Source of the DNA: Candidatus Dojkabacteria bacterium
GTDB taxonomy: Bacteria; Patescibacteriota; Dojkabacteria; B142; JAFGMG01
Direction of reading: 5' to 3'
NCBI GenBank assembly: GCA_016927655.1
Contig: JAFGMG010000003.1
Span: forward strand, 1 to 57,456
DNA length: 57,456 nucleotides
Position 1 is the first letter of the stretch; every line of letters starts with the position of its first letter. The notes below the pieces were generated by a model, which was not told the origin of the DNA, did no database searches, and saw only the letters and a program-made list of their open reading frames with translations. Positions 9,348-18,609 of this stretch are shown one piece after another. The position numbers were made by a program, and so were the translations under genes.

Positions 9348-10493
9348 TCAAGTGTATACATCAATATCCTGGGGGATGAACTCCCTGAAGTTTTGAGGAG
9401 TAATCATAACGGAAGGAGCAATCCCATCAACTATTCTTTTAGCAACTTTTCTTGCAAGCTCCATCAGATTTCTCTCTAATTGTCTGACGCCGGCATCAAA
9501 TCCTAGAGGTCTAATGATCAAGTCCCAGACATCATCGCTGAATTGGAGCTGCGCCTCCGTAAGACCTGTGGCTTTGCGCACTTTTGGCAGGAGATATTTT
9601 TGAGCAATAATTTTCTTGTCATCTAGTGAATAGCTCGAGAATCTGATAATTTCAAGTCTATCCAAAAGTGCGCTTGAAACACCTCCTAGATTATTTGCCG
9701 TGAATATAAAAAGCACTTTTGATAGATCAACCGGATAGTCAATATAGTGATCTCTAAATGTAGAGTTTTGCTCCGGATCCAAAATCTCAAGGAGCGCTGC
9801 CATCACATCGGCTCTTAGACCTGTTTCAGAGCTGACTTTATCGATTTCATCAAGTAATATTACCGGATTCATAACTCTGGTCCTTACAAGCGCTTTCACA
9901 ATTTCCCCGGGTTCAGGGTTTTTGTCAGCCCGGCTTCTTCCTCTAAGCGCAGTAGATTCGCCAAGTGCTCCAAGTGAAATGCGTACAAACTGACGTCCAA
10001 GAGCTGACGCGATTGACCTTGCCATCGAAGTTTTACCAACACCCTGGATACCGACAAAACAAAGAATAGGTGCGTTTGTAGCTATGCTCTTGATCTCAGG
10101 CGCCGTAGCCTCCAACGCAGGATTTTCAGCTGTTTGAGTATTCTGGGTATTGAGTTTCAAAACAGCAAGATATTCTAATAATCTTGCTTTGACATTTTCC
10201 AGACCATAATGACCGGCATTGAGCTTTGCTTCAACATCTTGGATATTAAGATTATCCTCGGTGTAATTGCTCCATGGGATCGCCATTATCCAATCCGCGT
10301 ATTTTTTGATACTTTCAAATTCACTCGAATATACGCCGGATTTGGCTGCTATCACAAGGCGGCTGGCCATTGTCCTGAGTTTCTCTTTTAGTTCATTCGG
10401 GATACTTGCCGAGTTTACCTGATCCAAAAGAGTCTGGATCTCAGGGAGTTGAGAAATGTCAATTTGTGTATTTTGGGCAGGCTGCGTTGACAT
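9348..10493 (-). CDS. Lon-type AAA+ ATPase without protease domain
   Basis: HYGLENVKARLLEYLAV, Walker A GIQGVGKT, Walker B LLDEIDK, LLEILDPEQN, FRDHY, DLSKVLF, GVRQL; ends before the Lon protease domain. Confidence 0.88.
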   Translation of the reverse strand: MSTQPAQNTQIDISQLPEIQTLLDQVNSASIPNELKEKLRTMASRLVIAAKSGVYSSEFESIKKYADWIMAIPWSNYTEDNLNIQDVEAKLNAGHYGLENVKARLLEYLAVLKLNTQNTQTAENPALEATAPEIKSIATNAPILCFVGIQGVGKTSMARSIASALGRQFVRISLGALGESTALRGRSRADKNPEPGEIVKALVRTRVMNPVILLDEIDKVSSETGLRADVMAALLEILDPEQNSTFRDHYIDYPVDLSKVLFIFTANNLGGVSSALLDRLEIIRFSSYSLDDKKIIAQKYLLPKVRKATGLTEAQLQFSDDVWDLIIRPLGFDAGVRQLERNLMELARKVAKRIVDGIAPSVMITPQNFREFIPQDIDVYT

Positions 10494-10523
10494 CCTTTGT
10501 ATTTCACTTGTTGAATTGTATTA

Positions 10524-11231
10524 TTATTTTTTATCGGCTTCCTCTTCTTGTCCTTCTCCTGCTTCATCTCCCTCTTTCTTCTCACCTTCCACGCCTTCTT
10601 CGCCTTCCTCACCCTTTTCACCTTCCGCGCCCTCTTCGCCTTCTGCTTCTTCAACAACCTCTTCTTCGACAATCTCCTTTTGAGGAGGTGCTATATATGC
10701 AATTGCTGTTGTTAAATCTGCCGTACTCAAAAACTCAACATTTTCAGGTAATTCAACATCTTTTAATGTAATACTATCTCCTATTTCATTCAAATCATCA
10801 ATACTGATTTTGATAAGTTCTGGAATATCTTTAGGAAAACACCTGAGCGTCACTTCATCCATAGGATTTACGAGAAAACCAATGTTGTTCTTTACCGCCA
10901 TAGAAATCCCTGTCAGTTCAATTGGAACTTGAGCTGTAAGTTTCGTATTTTGATCGACTTCATAGAATGAAACATGCAAAAACTGATCTCTGAGAAAATC
11001 TTTCTGGACTTCTTTGATCAAAACAAGAGCGGGTTTTCCTTTTTCAATTTCAAGATTGATCAGCTTATTTTCTCCGGCATCTATATAAACCTGATGAAAT
11101 TCTTTCAAATCCAATACCAAATCTTCCGAATCTCTTTTTGCTCCATAGATAACCGCCGGGACCATACCTTCTTCTCTTAGCGTCTTAACCTTTTTCCCTT
11201 TTAATTCTCTTTTTTTTGCGTTTAATTTCAT
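10524..11231 (-). CDS. rplY: 50S ribosomal protein L25/Ctc (long form with acidic tail)
   Basis: LREEGMVPAVIYG, KEVQ...HVSF, C-terminal Ctc domain, Glu/Gly-rich tail. Confidence 0.96.
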   Translation of the reverse strand: MKLNAKKRELKGKKVKTLREEGMVPAVIYGAKRDSEDLVLDLKEFHQVYIDAGENKLINLEIEKGKPALVLIKEVQKDFLRDQFLHVSFYEVDQNTKLTAQVPIELTGISMAVKNNIGFLVNPMDEVTLRCFPKDIPELIKISIDDLNEIGDSITLKDVELPENVEFLSTADLTTAIAYIAPPQKEIVEEEVVEEAEGEEGAEGEKGEEGEEGVEGEKKEGDEAGEGQEEEADKK

Positions 11232-11259
11232 TATTTATGCCTTTAATAAGTTACTAAAT

Positions 11260-11766
11260 TTATCTGGATGGCTTGATGACAACTCTTCTGTCTGAATCCT
11301 CGCCTACACTTTCGCTTTCAATTCTGTCATCCTCGCTAACTGTCAGGTGTACAATTCTTCTTTTAGCAGGATCCATAGGAGGCAATTCAACCGGCTGTCC
11401 GGATTCTAATACCTGATCAATTGCTCGTAGTGCCGTCTGCCTGGCCTGGTCTTCCTGTTTTGTTTTGTAATCATTGATATCAACAAGAATATTTATTCTT
11501 TGTCTTTCCTGTTGCTCAGAATCATCCTTTTTTTCCTGGTTCAAATTCAGGCTCATTATAATAGTTAAATACTGCTGCAAAGCTAAAATTCCCTGCCCTT
11601 TAAATCCAATCAAAAGTCCAAGCTCATCTCCTTCAATGTGAATCTTCAGATAGCTTTTATCATTATCCCCGTCTTCAAGCTCCGCTTTTATCTCGGCCTG
11701 CATATCGAGTTTCTCAATTATCTTCCCAGCTGTTTCTACGATTTGTTTAATACTATTTTCGTCCAT
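11260..11766 (-). CDS. jag: Jag/KhpB-like RNA-binding protein (KH + R3H)
   Basis: LIGFKG KH loop, DINDYK, LPPM...RRIVH R3H, SVGE..RRVVI; follows yidC; likely start ATG 11766. Confidence 0.9.
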   Translation of the reverse strand: MDENSIKQIVETAGKIIEKLDMQAEIKAELEDGDNDKSYLKIHIEGDELGLLIGFKGQGILALQQYLTIIMSLNLNQEKKDDSEQQERQRINILVDINDYKTKQEDQARQTALRAIDQVLESGQPVELPPMDPAKRRIVHLTVSEDDRIESESVGEDSDRRVVIKPSR

Positions 11767-12643
11767 TATTTTTTTCGACAAAATATTTCTTTTTTAAATT
11801 CTCTATAATCTTATCCCTTTTGAGAATTCCCTGCTGGATTATAACAAACAAGCTCGTTGTCGCAAAATACAAACTCAGCCCACTTGGGTAATTTAATGAG
11901 AAGAACCCAAGGATAAGCGGGAAAAACATCATCATCTGCCTATTTGTATCCTGGAAAACCTCGCCAAAGCTTGGGACGTCCTCTTCTCCGGCTTTCTTGT
12001 TTTTGGTCTTTTTCTTCTTTGCCAGCTCACGTTTTTTCTCTTCTTCTTTTTTCTGATCTTTAGTTAGTCCAGAAAGTATTTTCATTGAAAAATATTGTGT
12101 CAAAACAAGAAAGCCTGCAATCGCTAAATATGGCCACGAGTCAGCGAAATTCGTCAGCCCCTGATCCCTTGCAGATTCTCCAAGATTTAATACTCCTAGA
12201 AAATGCAGATTAAACTGATAACCTGCGGGGAATTTATCTATAAAACCATAAGCTAGTGTATTGAAACCCTCTGCTCCGTATTTGAGCAAATTCCTAATGA
12301 CGTAATTTATCTGGATAAGAAGAAGTAACTGCAAAATAATTGTAAAGCAGCCGGAAAGCTGTCCGGGGAGATATTCTCCCTGGAGTTTTGCAAGTTCTTT
12401 TGCCTGTTTGTCTTTGTTATTTTTGTATTTACTTTTTACGTCTTCGTACTTTTTCTGGAATTCTTTATTTTTATCGACGTTTTTGAGCTGCTTTACAGTC
12501 AGCGGATAAACAACAATCCTAGATAGCAGTGCGACAGCTATCAAGGCAAGCCCCATATCTTCTCCTAATATTCTGTAAAGAAAGACTAAAGAATTAAAAA
12601 CAAGTTCAAAAAGTGGTGCTACAAATAGAAAACCCCCATCCAT
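11753..12643 (-). CDS. yidC: membrane protein insertase YidC/Oxa1
   Basis: GLALI...SRIVVYPL, coiled-coil loop, SGCF, PSGLSLYF...IIQQ. Confidence 0.92.
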   Translation of the reverse strand: MDGGFLFVAPLFELVFNSLVFLYRILGEDMGLALIAVALLSRIVVYPLTVKQLKNVDKNKEFQKKYEDVKSKYKNNKDKQAKELAKLQGEYLPGQLSGCFTIILQLLLLIQINYVIRNLLKYGAEGFNTLAYGFIDKFPAGYQFNLHFLGVLNLGESARDQGLTNFADSWPYLAIAGFLVLTQYFSMKILSGLTKDQKKEEEKKRELAKKKKTKNKKAGEEDVPSFGEVFQDTNRQMMMFFPLILGFFSLNYPSGLSLYFATTSLFVIIQQGILKRDKIIENLKKKYFVEKNNGRK

Positions 12644-12711
12644 AGTTTTTTAGTAATAAATTTCAAATATTATTTGGCCGAACCCTTGGATTTTAACACA
12701 AGAAGCCCGAT

Positions 12712-13071
12712 TTACGTTAATTGCTTCTCCAGTTCGATACCTTTTCTTGCTGCGATCATTGCTTCTTTGAACTTTCTGGCTCTCACAAGCTCAAGCACTT
12801 TATCTTCTATTGTTGCGTGGAGCTTTTTTTCATACTCAGTCATGATCGGCACGACAACGGCAGCCAGCTCTACAAATTCGTCATCTAACTTTGGTATTAC
12901 CTGCATGAGCTCTTGGTAGCTTATCTCTTCTGGCAGTTTTTCAAGAACCATTGCAGCAATCTTCTTGGATCTATCCTGGCTCATCTCACCGGCTTTCAGC
13001 CTTTCGGTTATCAGCCCTACGACTTGGTTTTGGAATTTTTCTCTAATTTGTTTTGCTCTTTCATCGGCCAT
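12712..13071 (-). CDS. hypothetical helical protein
   Basis: 119-aa ORF, co-oriented and closely spaced with neighbours. Confidence 0.7.
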   Translation of the reverse strand: MADERAKQIREKFQNQVVGLITERLKAGEMSQDRSKKIAAMVLEKLPEEISYQELMQVIPKLDDEFVELAAVVVPIMTEYEKKLHATIEDKVLELVRARKFKEAMIAARKGIELEKQLT

Positions 13072-13089
13072 TTTCTTATTTTGTAATGA

Positions 13090-13443
13090 TTATTTGGTTT
13101 GGATATTTTCTGCATCCATCATACTTTCTTCAAGTTCGTCTGTGTTGCGGTAAATGAGAGAAAGCGCCTGCATGATCTCTTTGAGCCTTATATCTCCATA
13201 CTCAAGCAACTTCCTTGAAGCTGCCACATCTCTCTGGATTTCTGCGAGGTTTTTATCGAATTCTAAAATTTTGCGCTCCATTCCGTCAATTTGCTGAAAA
13301 AGACTTCGGCCTTCTTCTGTGCCTGTTTCCCTAAATATACTACCGACGGCTCGCTCGAGTTTTTCGAATCTATTTATGAACCGGCTAAACTCGCTTGATA
13401 ACCTTTCAATATCGCTTTCAATTTCTTTGTTTGTCGTATCCAA
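13090..13443 (-). CDS. hypothetical coiled-coil protein
   Basis: 117-aa ORF, heptad-like pattern, TTG start. Confidence 0.65.
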   Translation of the reverse strand: MDTTNKEIESDIERLSSEFSRFINRFEKLERAVGSIFRETGTEEGRSLFQQIDGMERKILEFDKNLAEIQRDVAASRKLLEYGDIRLKEIMQALSLIYRNTDELEESMMDAENIQTK

Positions 13444-13452
13444 TGGATTTAA

Positions 13453-13713
13453 TTAATTGGAAGTATTATACCTTGATAGGTCTAACTTCTCAATTTTTTC
13501 TTTCCTGCTCCAGCTTTTTATTTCTGCCTCCCTCTTTGAAGCGCTTGATTTATCCGGGTGCTTTTCTAAATATTTAAGTTTGAATGGCCGTCTTGAACGG
13601 ACATACTTAGACCCCTTGCCTGCAAGGTGAGTTTTCAGCCGTTTTTCAATATTGTTTGTGATGCCTGTATAGTAAGAATTATCCCGGCATTGAAGAACAT
13701 AAAGGTAGTACAT
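13453..13713 (-). CDS. GIY-YIG nuclease (UPF0213-like)
   Basis: YLYVLQC.D.SYYTG.T....RL..H..GKGSKY...RRP...A.KRE..IK. Confidence 0.93.
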   Translation of the reverse strand: MYYLYVLQCRDNSYYTGITNNIEKRLKTHLAGKGSKYVRSRRPFKLKYLEKHPDKSSASKREAEIKSWSRKEKIEKLDLSRYNTSN

Positions 13714-13821
13714 AAAACGAGTATAGCAAATGTTTTGGCGTGCAATCTAATTTATCTTCATTGACTTTTCTGATCAATTAATTACAATAATGTATCTACT
13801 TAGCTTTATTAGCCTTATTAG

Positions 13822-14913
13822 GTGTTGAAGAAATCTCCTAAAACAAAAGTGATAATTTTTCTGGCTGCTTTTGGTTTATTTTTTGTGTTGTTCTCATTTG
13901 CTTATCTTGCCAATGACGACTTTGAATATAATTTTCAACAAGCGGAGATGTGGGCATCGGATGAATTACCCCAAAAGGAAGTCAATATTCAGGAGAAAGA
14001 GATTCAAGCGGCGGTAAATAGTACAACTATGGTCGGCCTTCATTCCAGCTTCAGTGCGGCAGAATCTGATCTACCCTCTTTTGCTGCTTTAGAAGAAAAT
14101 ATGCTTTCTATCAGCCCGGCACTCGGGGACATTGGGACATATGACATAAGTATTGTGAGCGAGGACGAAGAGGCCCGTTTTGAGTACACTTTTCATATAA
14201 ATGTCACACTTCCGGATATTGATTTTATAGAGCTTAAAACAGAAATTGAGGATATCCTTGGAGATCAAAAATCAAAGTATGCCATTTATGTTTATGATCT
14301 GAAAAGAGAAGAAAGTTTTGGTATCAATGAGGAAAAGATTTTCGCTCCTGGCAGCACATCGAAGCTTCCTTATGCAATTATTACTTTGCGTGACGTGGAT
14401 AAAGGCAAATACAGTCTTTCGTATGTCCGCCCAACTCTTGAAAGGTTGATTATTCATGGAAGCAACACTGCTATGATGGAGCTCGAAGAAATGCTTGGCG
14501 GAAACGCTACTTACAATGCACGGGTAAGAAGCGAACTTGGAGTAGATAATATTATGCGCTCCCCGCATGTTGTGCAGGCCAGTGATCTTGGAAGACTATA
14601 TATTGGGATTTATCATCAGGAGTATCTCTCAAAGGAAACAAATGACTTTTTGCTCTATCTTCTGCTAAATACAGGAGCACATTATGACAACAGGATCAAA
14701 CAGGGCCTTCCAGTTGAGAGGGGAGTGACTTTTGCTCATAAAACGGGCTGGGTGACAACTGACGGCGGCGGCGAAGCTTATAACGATTCAGGAATAGTGT
14801 ACGGCGAGCTGACTGACTATGTGATTGTGGTACTGGATAAAAATACAACACCAAACGAGGCGGTTAAAATGATGAAGCCGATTTCAGAGACTATATACGA
14901 TGCGCTGAACTGA
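13822..14913 (+). CDS. serine hydrolase, class A beta-lactamase-like / penicillin-binding fold, N-terminally anchored
   Basis: N-terminal hydrophobic segment, GSTSK (SxxK), HKTG, NDSGIV; promoter TTGACT-16-TACAAT at 13761-13788. Confidence 0.85.
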   Translation: MLKKSPKTKVIIFLAAFGLFFVLFSFAYLANDDFEYNFQQAEMWASDELPQKEVNIQEKEIQAAVNSTTMVGLHSSFSAAESDLPSFAALEENMLSISPALGDIGTYDISIVSEDEEARFEYTFHINVTLPDIDFIELKTEIEDILGDQKSKYAIYVYDLKREESFGINEEKIFAPGSTSKLPYAIITLRDVDKGKYSLSYVRPTLERLIIHGSNTAMMELEEMLGGNATYNARVRSELGVDNIMRSPHVVQASDLGRLYIGIYHQEYLSKETNDFLLYLLLNTGAHYDNRIKQGLPVERGVTFAHKTGWVTTDGGGEAYNDSGIVYGELTDYVIVVLDKNTTPNEAVKMMKPISETIYDALN

Positions 14914-14975
14914 GGAGTAATTTATATCTTTTAACTGTTCATCAAGATGTTAACATATTATTCTGTCTAAATATC

Positions 14976-16073
14976 ATGGCAACACAAGAACAAGAACACA
15001 GTACTCCAGATCTAAGCAACTTATACACACTACGAGACATGGCCCTTGATATACAATACGCCATTGATCCTATGGTCAAAGACTCATGGAATGGTACAGG
15101 AATAGAAGAAAGTGAGCAACTAGATTTGTTGCCAATTATTGCTACTGCTCGAGAGACTCTATATGAATTAGCTGGAAATGACATCGTACATAAAGTCCCA
15201 GAAGTAGAATTTGTAAATACAAGAGGCTTAGAATCCGTATTCAGAGAAACTGGGCAGGCCTTAGTCATACCTATAAGCGAAGTCCATTTATACAGGGGTA
15301 CAGTTATACATGATACAGATGACATACCAACCCGTATAATTGTAAATACCGTCTTATCATCCCCCAATGTTTTAACTGGCAGATTGGATGGTGTAAGACC
15401 GATGACTAGAGAGGAAGCCACTTTTGTTTCGATGCATGAAAGCTCACATGCTGTATGTCAAACCAAAATAATCAAGACAGAATCTCCTGATATCACAATA
15501 AAACAGCATGGCTTTTCTGAGATGAGAATTACAAGAAAGAATAATGAAGCAGAAGAAGAAATAGTAGATACACAAGAACACCATTCGTTGTTTAACGAAT
15601 GGATGACAGATTTTTTTGCCGCTTATAGTATTGATCCAGAAGTTACATCTTTTGAGCAACTTGCTTCAAAAGTACTAGATATACGAAAAGACTCTTATAT
15701 GGCCCGTCCCAGTGCTAGACCATTTAAAGCCTTTGCTAAATTACTTGATGCACTCGCAACCTTCGACCCAGAAACTAGAGATTTTCAAGAAGTAATCGGC
15801 AAAATCTTTAAATTCTATCGACATTCAGACAGAGAAGGATTCCTAGCGCATCTCAGATCTCTTTGTGCTAATGCAGGGCTATCTGGCTATTATTATAGTG
15901 CTCAATTTTCAAATTCGCACAACATATCCTATCTATTAGACTATTTTGAAACGAAGCAGATGACAGGAGTTGAAAATTATGCCAAATTAATTGGTTACCA
16001 TCTAGTAGGCGATGGAGATGCAGCAGAAAGACAAAGAAAAGGCCTAGCACCAGAGGAATTTTGGGCTGAATAA
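14976..16073 (+). CDS. hypothetical protein, putative zincin metallopeptidase
   Basis: MHESSH (HExxH) and downstream FNEWMTD (NExxxD/E third-ligand motif). Confidence 0.55.
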   Translation: MATQEQEHSTPDLSNLYTLRDMALDIQYAIDPMVKDSWNGTGIEESEQLDLLPIIATARETLYELAGNDIVHKVPEVEFVNTRGLESVFRETGQALVIPISEVHLYRGTVIHDTDDIPTRIIVNTVLSSPNVLTGRLDGVRPMTREEATFVSMHESSHAVCQTKIIKTESPDITIKQHGFSEMRITRKNNEAEEEIVDTQEHHSLFNEWMTDFFAAYSIDPEVTSFEQLASKVLDIRKDSYMARPSARPFKAFAKLLDALATFDPETRDFQEVIGKIFKFYRHSDREGFLAHLRSLCANAGLSGYYYSAQFSNSHNISYLLDYFETKQMTGVENYAKLIGYHLVGDGDAAERQRKGLAPEEFWAE

Positions 16074-16084
16074 AGCAGAATCAA

Positions 16085-16092
16085 TGGTGGAG
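16085..16092 (-). repeat. 8-bp duplicate of the tmRNA/tRNA 3' end (possible att remnant)
   Basis: TGGTGGAG at 16085-16092 repeats 16179-16186 (CTCCACCA on the minus strand). Confidence 0.35.
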
Positions 16093-16178
16093 CATAGTAT
16101 AGACTATAGAGCCAAGTATACGATGTCGGAACCTCGAGAACAACTAACTGAGAACCAGTTCCAGAGGTCAACAGAAGT

Positions 16179-16651
16179 TGGTGGAGATGGGGGTATTGAA
16201 ACCCCGTTCAAGAAATATTGCTAGTTGCCTCTACATGTGTAGACTATTTGTTTCAGACGGGTCAGGATAAAAATAGTCAAAAACCAAAACCCGACTGTTT
16301 AGATTAGTGCTTCGAAATTATCCCGCTAAACAAACGAAATAATCCCTGCGCCCAGGCTAAATTACGCTTGAAAAATTCCACCTGAGAAGAAAGTTTCAAA
16401 CGGGCTTAAGAGGGAGCCAAGGGCTCAACCGGTTAAGCAGCTACAGAAAATGAATTGAACTGTAGACCAGAGAACATTACTCTAGCTCCAGCAACAATTT
16501 CATTAACTGTATTGGTGATTCTGTTTTTGACGGTTATTTGTGGTCAGTGCCAGAAACGGCACTACTTGCATCTTACATTTACGAGCTGAGATACAAGAAA
16601 AGCTCGACACGCAGCAAAAAACATATATTCCCTGTCAAATCGCGCATCCCC
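16179..16651 (-). ncRNA. ssrA: tmRNA
   Basis: 5' GGGGATG pairs with 3' CATCTCC-ACCA with a G3.U wobble; GATTTGAC D-loop analogue; pk1 CGAGCT/AGCTCG plus CTTGTATC/GATGCAAG; tag ORF after AATAACC ending ...VAA-stop. Confidence 0.93.
16433..16531 (-). other. tmRNA tag reading frame (A)VKNRITNTVNEIVAGARVMFSGLQFNSFSVAA
   Basis: Resume codon GTC inferred after AATAACC; 32 codons then TAA; C-terminal AA degron. Confidence 0.75.
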
Positions 16652-16772
16652 CGGCAAGATCCAGACAGATCCTCCCGGTGAATCGCGATTTCAAACAAGA
16701 TGTTGTCAAGGTGCTAAAAACTCTTTAAATACGCTATAATTATACCAAATTTGAGCAAATTCAGTCGATAAA

Positions 16773-17885
16773 ATGAAAAACAAGTCGTTACTCGAAAAAA
16801 CCCAACACGAAAGAAACCAGCTTATCAAAATCATCGATAATTCAACCGATGGTCTTCTTGTATTTGAAGACGGGAAATTGATATATGTCAGTCCGAAATT
16901 ATCCGAAATTACCGAATACACAGTTCCAGAGATAGAAGCAAATGAAACGGGGGACTTCTTAATAGCAAATGACGAAGAAAGAGAGAACATGAAAAGAATA
17001 GCAGCTGAAAGAGAAAGACTGAGGAAGAAAAAATCAACATATTTATCGAAACTGAAAACAAAATCAGGAAATATTGTACCGGTGGAAGTAACCACCACAA
17101 CATTCAAGCAAGGAGGAAAAACTCTTATGAATGTTTCATTTCGAGACATCAGCAGAGTAAATGAAGCTATCGAGCAACTTGAAAACATGTATTCAAATCA
17201 AGGTAAATTCTTTTCCGAAATCGCTCATTCACTCAAAACCCCATTTACCGTTATTTACGGCCTGCTTGAACTATATGAACACGGCGACGAAAAATCACGG
17301 GAAGAAAGTGTGCAAGAAATCAGGAAAGAACTGGATCTTGTGAATAAAAAAGTCTCTGATCTTCTAAAAGTTGCAAAGATGGAGATGCTCGATTATCCAT
17401 TAAAGATGCAAGTCATTCCACTTAATGAATTTTTAGAAGCATTTTATGTAAAGGCGAAATCTCTTGGTTACAAATACTGCGATAAAAGCCACAATCACAA
17501 TTGCCCTTGTTTCACTTACTCTAGGATGCAGGAAAAAACTATAATAAAAGCGGATAATGAAGTTTTGATGGATGTTTTAATGACACTAGCAGAGAATTCC
17601 TATGTACATTCACCCAGAAAAGGGCAAAAGCCGGCAATTTCGCTAAAAACTATAATTACAAAAAAACAAGTCAAAATTGTGCTCGAGGACCGGGGAAAAG
17701 GTATTTCCCGCACACAACTTAAAAAGCTTTTCACTCCTTTTGCAAAAAAACTCTTCAAACCAACCGGGCATGGTATTGGACTTCCAATGTGCAAAAAAAT
17801 GATTGGGAAAATGAACGGAGACATAATTGTAAAGAGCAAAGTTGGACAGGGGACAAAATTCATTATATCTTTCCCGATCAATTAA
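16773..17885 (+). CDS. soluble PAS-domain sensor histidine kinase
   Basis: PAS (DGLLVF...LIYVS), H-box IAHSLKTP, N-box LAENS, G1 DRGKGI, F-box LFTPF, G2 GHGIGL; no TM segment. Confidence 0.93.
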   Translation: MKNKSLLEKTQHERNQLIKIIDNSTDGLLVFEDGKLIYVSPKLSEITEYTVPEIEANETGDFLIANDEERENMKRIAAERERLRKKKSTYLSKLKTKSGNIVPVEVTTTTFKQGGKTLMNVSFRDISRVNEAIEQLENMYSNQGKFFSEIAHSLKTPFTVIYGLLELYEHGDEKSREESVQEIRKELDLVNKKVSDLLKVAKMEMLDYPLKMQVIPLNEFLEAFYVKAKSLGYKYCDKSHNHNCPCFTYSRMQEKTIIKADNEVLMDVLMTLAENSYVHSPRKGQKPAISLKTIITKKQVKIVLEDRGKGISRTQLKKLFTPFAKKLFKPTGHGIGLPMCKKMIGKMNGDIIVKSKVGQGTKFIISFPIN

Positions 17886-18565
17886 CCGCGAGCAAACACT
17901 AGTGCATAGATTTTTTTTGTGCCTGCATTTTTCAGGACATACGCACATTCTTCCAGGGTTGTACCCGTAGTCATAACATCATCAATCAAAACTACTCTCT
18001 CGGGGATTTTTTCTTTTGGATTGATCCTGAAGACATCTTCCAAATTTTCGATCCTCTCTTTTCTGCTCATTCCAACCTGGGTTTTTGTGTTTCTGATACG
18101 TACTAAAAGATTTTGGCAATCAATCTCATTTGATACTCGCAGCTTTGATATCAGTTTTTTCGCAATTAATTCTGCTTGATTAAAACCTCTTGATTTGAGC
18201 TTTCTTTTATGGAGCGGGACTGGAACAAGACTTGTCCCTGCCTTATCTCCAGGCAACAGGAGAAATCCTGCCTCATAATATTCTGCCAGATAATTGACAA
18301 TATCTGTATAAAAATTATATTTCAGCTCGGCTATCAAATGCTCGACAGTTTTGTTGTATTTGCAGCAAACTACTACGCCATCAAGCGTGGTCTTTCTTTT
18401 GCAAGCCTTATGAACAAACCCGCCTGCTGTTTCCATTTTGCAAACGTGACATAGTTGAGCAGGTGTACGTTCTAAGTATCTGTACTCGCAAACTTTGCAT
18501 AGATATTCACCAAAGCTTGAACAGCTAATGCATTGTTTTGGAAATAAATAGTTCAATAATTTCAT
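17882..18565 (-). CDS. comF: ComF-family phosphoribosyltransferase-like competence protein
   Basis: N-terminal double Zn ribbon, PVPLH, RGFNQA, LIDDVMTTGTT. Confidence 0.93.
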   Translation of the reverse strand: MKLLNYLFPKQCISCSSFGEYLCKVCEYRYLERTPAQLCHVCKMETAGGFVHKACKRKTTLDGVVVCCKYNKTVEHLIAELKYNFYTDIVNYLAEYYEAGFLLLPGDKAGTSLVPVPLHKRKLKSRGFNQAELIAKKLISKLRVSNEIDCQNLLVRIRNTKTQVGMSRKERIENLEDVFRINPKEKIPERVVLIDDVMTTGTTLEECAYVLKNAGTKKIYALVFARG

Positions 18566-18609
18566 AAATGCATTATAATGGGCAATTCTTGCGCAATTAT
18601 GGAAAAATT

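Noticed and set aside
10415..10672. Lys/Arg-rich histone-like ORF
   Set aside because: Alternative frame of the GAA/GGA-rich acidic tail of rplY
16540..16728. 62-aa + strand ORF
   Set aside because: Antisense to the tmRNA 5' region; no motifs
16893..16916. Three CCGAA copies as a LexA box
   Set aside because: Spacing is N5/N4 rather than N6, and they lie inside the kinase CDS
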